DNA of 64,000 nucleotides from Giardia intestinalis (Eukaryota): NCBI GenBank assembly GCA_000002435.2, contig CM018792.1; one strand, 5' to 3'. Shown piece by piece: positions 62,790 to 64,000 of this stretch (position 1 is its first letter; each line of letters starts with the position of its first letter). The notes under the pieces were generated by a model. It saw only the letters and a program-made list of their open reading frames with translations, ran no database searches and was not told where the DNA came from. The position numbers and the translations under genes were made by a program.

Positions 62790-64000
62790 CTAATTATTTT
62801 GAGACCAGCTCTTTGCAATCTTACGTAGCTCATCTATAGACGAAAGGACCCCCGGCTTCAGCCCAGCCAGGCGTTGCGTGAAGCGAGAGGGAGTATAAAA
62901 ATCGTCCGAAATCAACACGCAATCGAAGTCTCCAAGCGCAGGAGTCCAATAGGCTGAGTTGAACGGACTGGGCTCTGGGATTGCCGAGTCGCCCGTTGCG
63001 CGGTAGGCAGCGCTGACGTCCCCTGGCGTAACGCCACCAATCATATAGATGTAGACCTTCTCTCTGCTGCGATAGGAGCTTATCTCATGCTTTTCTAAAT
63101 AGGTCTGGAGCTCTTTGCCCTCTGGAGACTCTGGATAGTACTTTGCCGCCGCGTTGGACACATTGGAAACAAGCACGTCGCGCTTAACAGGCGCCCCACG
63201 TCGCCTACGCTCTACCATGGCCAGACTCTGGTTCTCTGCCACAGGGAAGAGACTCTCGGCTGTCTGTGACAGAGGGCTATCGTTGAACGAGCGGAAGATA
63301 CACTCGAGGGCGGGGAGGTATCGGGACTCCTCGATTGCTTTGCTTAGAACACCCTTATGAACTGGACTCTTCTTCATCGCTTGCCACAAGTGAATAAAGT
63401 CATACGTAACAAAGGTCTGCAGGAACCCAGTCCACAATGCCCGAAAGTCAGCATCCTCATCCAGCCGCCAGAGCCGCGAAACGTTATAGTTAAGGTTGAT
63501 CAAATCGCGGAGAGGCCTCCCGTAAATAGATTCAGAGAGGCCCCTATCTGTTTGACCAGACTTCTCCAGTATTAGAACAGTGTACATGTAGAGACGAAGG
63601 GCAACTGTGGAGTCCGTGCTCGGGGATGACAGTGTCTGAAGGATCTCTGTAATAGAGACTTTCTCTGGGCCAACTGCTATAGAATCCAGGTCAGAGATGC
63701 GGTCTCCGTTGATCAGAATGTCAAGCAGGGTAGACTCTGCTGCTAGAAGGAGCGGGAGGTACCCCTTGGCCTCTATTTCATCTGCAAACTTCTTAATAAT
63801 AGTGAAGACACCATTCATTTGAGCGCTCAGCGTCATATATGGCACGTTGAAGATGGAAGAATCCACCAGGCTATATGACGGGATCTTCATCACTCGACCT
63901 GCGTGGCGCCCGTAGTTGACGGGTATTTCTTTGGGCTTAGTCATCATGGTAACTGAGTCTCTATCCAAAGGGTCAAAGCTCCGGAACACCTTGATAATAT
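62790..64000 (-). CDS. Sec1/Munc18 (SM) family protein, C-terminal portion (gene continues beyond the window end)
   Basis: The ORF is open to the window edge on the minus strand, with a stop at 62790-62792. The C-terminal SM-family signature is present (...REKVYIYMIGGVTPGDVSAAYR..., compare vivFvvGGiTysE in Sec1/Vps45/Vps33). The N-terminus is missing. Confidence 0.6.
   Translation of the reverse strand, partial: IIKVFRSFDPLDRDSVTMMTKPKEIPVNYGRHAGRVMKIPSYSLVDSSIFNVPYMTLSAQMNGVFTIIKKFADEIEAKGYLPLLLAAESTLLDILINGDRISDLDSIAVGPEKVSITEILQTLSSPSTDSTVALRLYMYTVLILEKSGQTDRGLSESIYGRPLRDLINLNYNVSRLWRLDEDADFRALWTGFLQTFVTYDFIHLWQAMKKSPVHKGVLSKAIEESRYLPALECIFRSFNDSPLSQTAESLFPVAENQSLAMVERRRRGAPVKRDVLVSNVSNAAAKYYPESPEGKELQTYLEKHEISSYRSREKVYIYMIGGVTPGDVSAAYRATGDSAIPEPSPFNSAYWTPALGDFDCVLISDDFYTPSRFTQRLAGLKPGVLSSIDELRKIAKSWSQNN

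Noticed and set aside
61292-62790. Terminal inverted repeats flanking the DDE transposase-like gene
   Set aside because: Only a weak ~10/15 match (around taaatgt) between the 19-bp 3' flank and the 102-bp 5' flank. That is not enough to call TIRs or a target-site duplication, so I did not annotate a mobile element.
1-64000. Prokaryotic-type features (CRISPR arrays, operons, rho-independent terminators, defence islands)
   Set aside because: The VSP CRGKA tail, AGTRAAY polyA signals, the proteasome/topoisomerase III/TTL/SM-protein gene set and the tRNA without encoded CCA identify this as Giardia nuclear DNA. No direct-repeat/spacer arrays are present.

Overview
This window looks like nuclear DNA from the diplomonad Giardia intestinalis (duodenalis). 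Three things in the sequence point there. The two 627-aa cysteine-rich CXXC/GGCY proteins end in the invariant VSP tail ...CRGKA. Genes are intron-less and tightly packed, with short A/T-rich regions immediately 5' of the ATG and AGTRAAY polyadenylation signals at or just after stop codons. The first gene is an ankyrin-repeat plus coiled-coil protein of the 'protein 21.1' type. The supplied ORF track renders non-ATG starts (TTG/GTG) as M, so I moved every CDS start to the first in-frame ATG.

Layout:
- 1-18.4 kb: ordinary housekeeping genes (ankyrin/coiled-coil protein, DNA topoisomerase III, tubulin-tyrosine-ligase-like, proteasome alpha-4, a leucine-rich-repeat protein, and a large surface protein with a metzincin HEXXHXXGXXH motif plus a cysteine-rich stalk and TM anchor).
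- 18.5-42.4 kb: a very large near-perfect inverted repeat (palindrome). Each arm is about 11.1 kb (18501-29615 and 31275-42386) and they are symmetric about coordinate 30443/30444. Each arm holds one identical VSP gene, arranged tail-to-tail, and about 8.7 kb of ORF-poor sequence. The arms flank a 1.66-kb unique A-poor, GC-rich spacer.
- 42.4-64 kb: a tRNA-Asn(GUU) gene just outside the right arm, a giant 5281-aa ORF, proteasome beta-2, a coiled-coil protein, a Tc1/mariner-like DDE transposase-like gene, and a partial Sec1/Munc18-family gene running off the window end.

The most interesting object is the palindromic VSP locus. Read-through transcription across it would make a long hairpin RNA, which is the kind of trigger proposed for RNAi-based VSP silencing in Giardia. 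The arms differ by at least one SNP and one 3-bp indel, so the structure looks biological rather than an assembly fold-back, though that should be checked with long reads.
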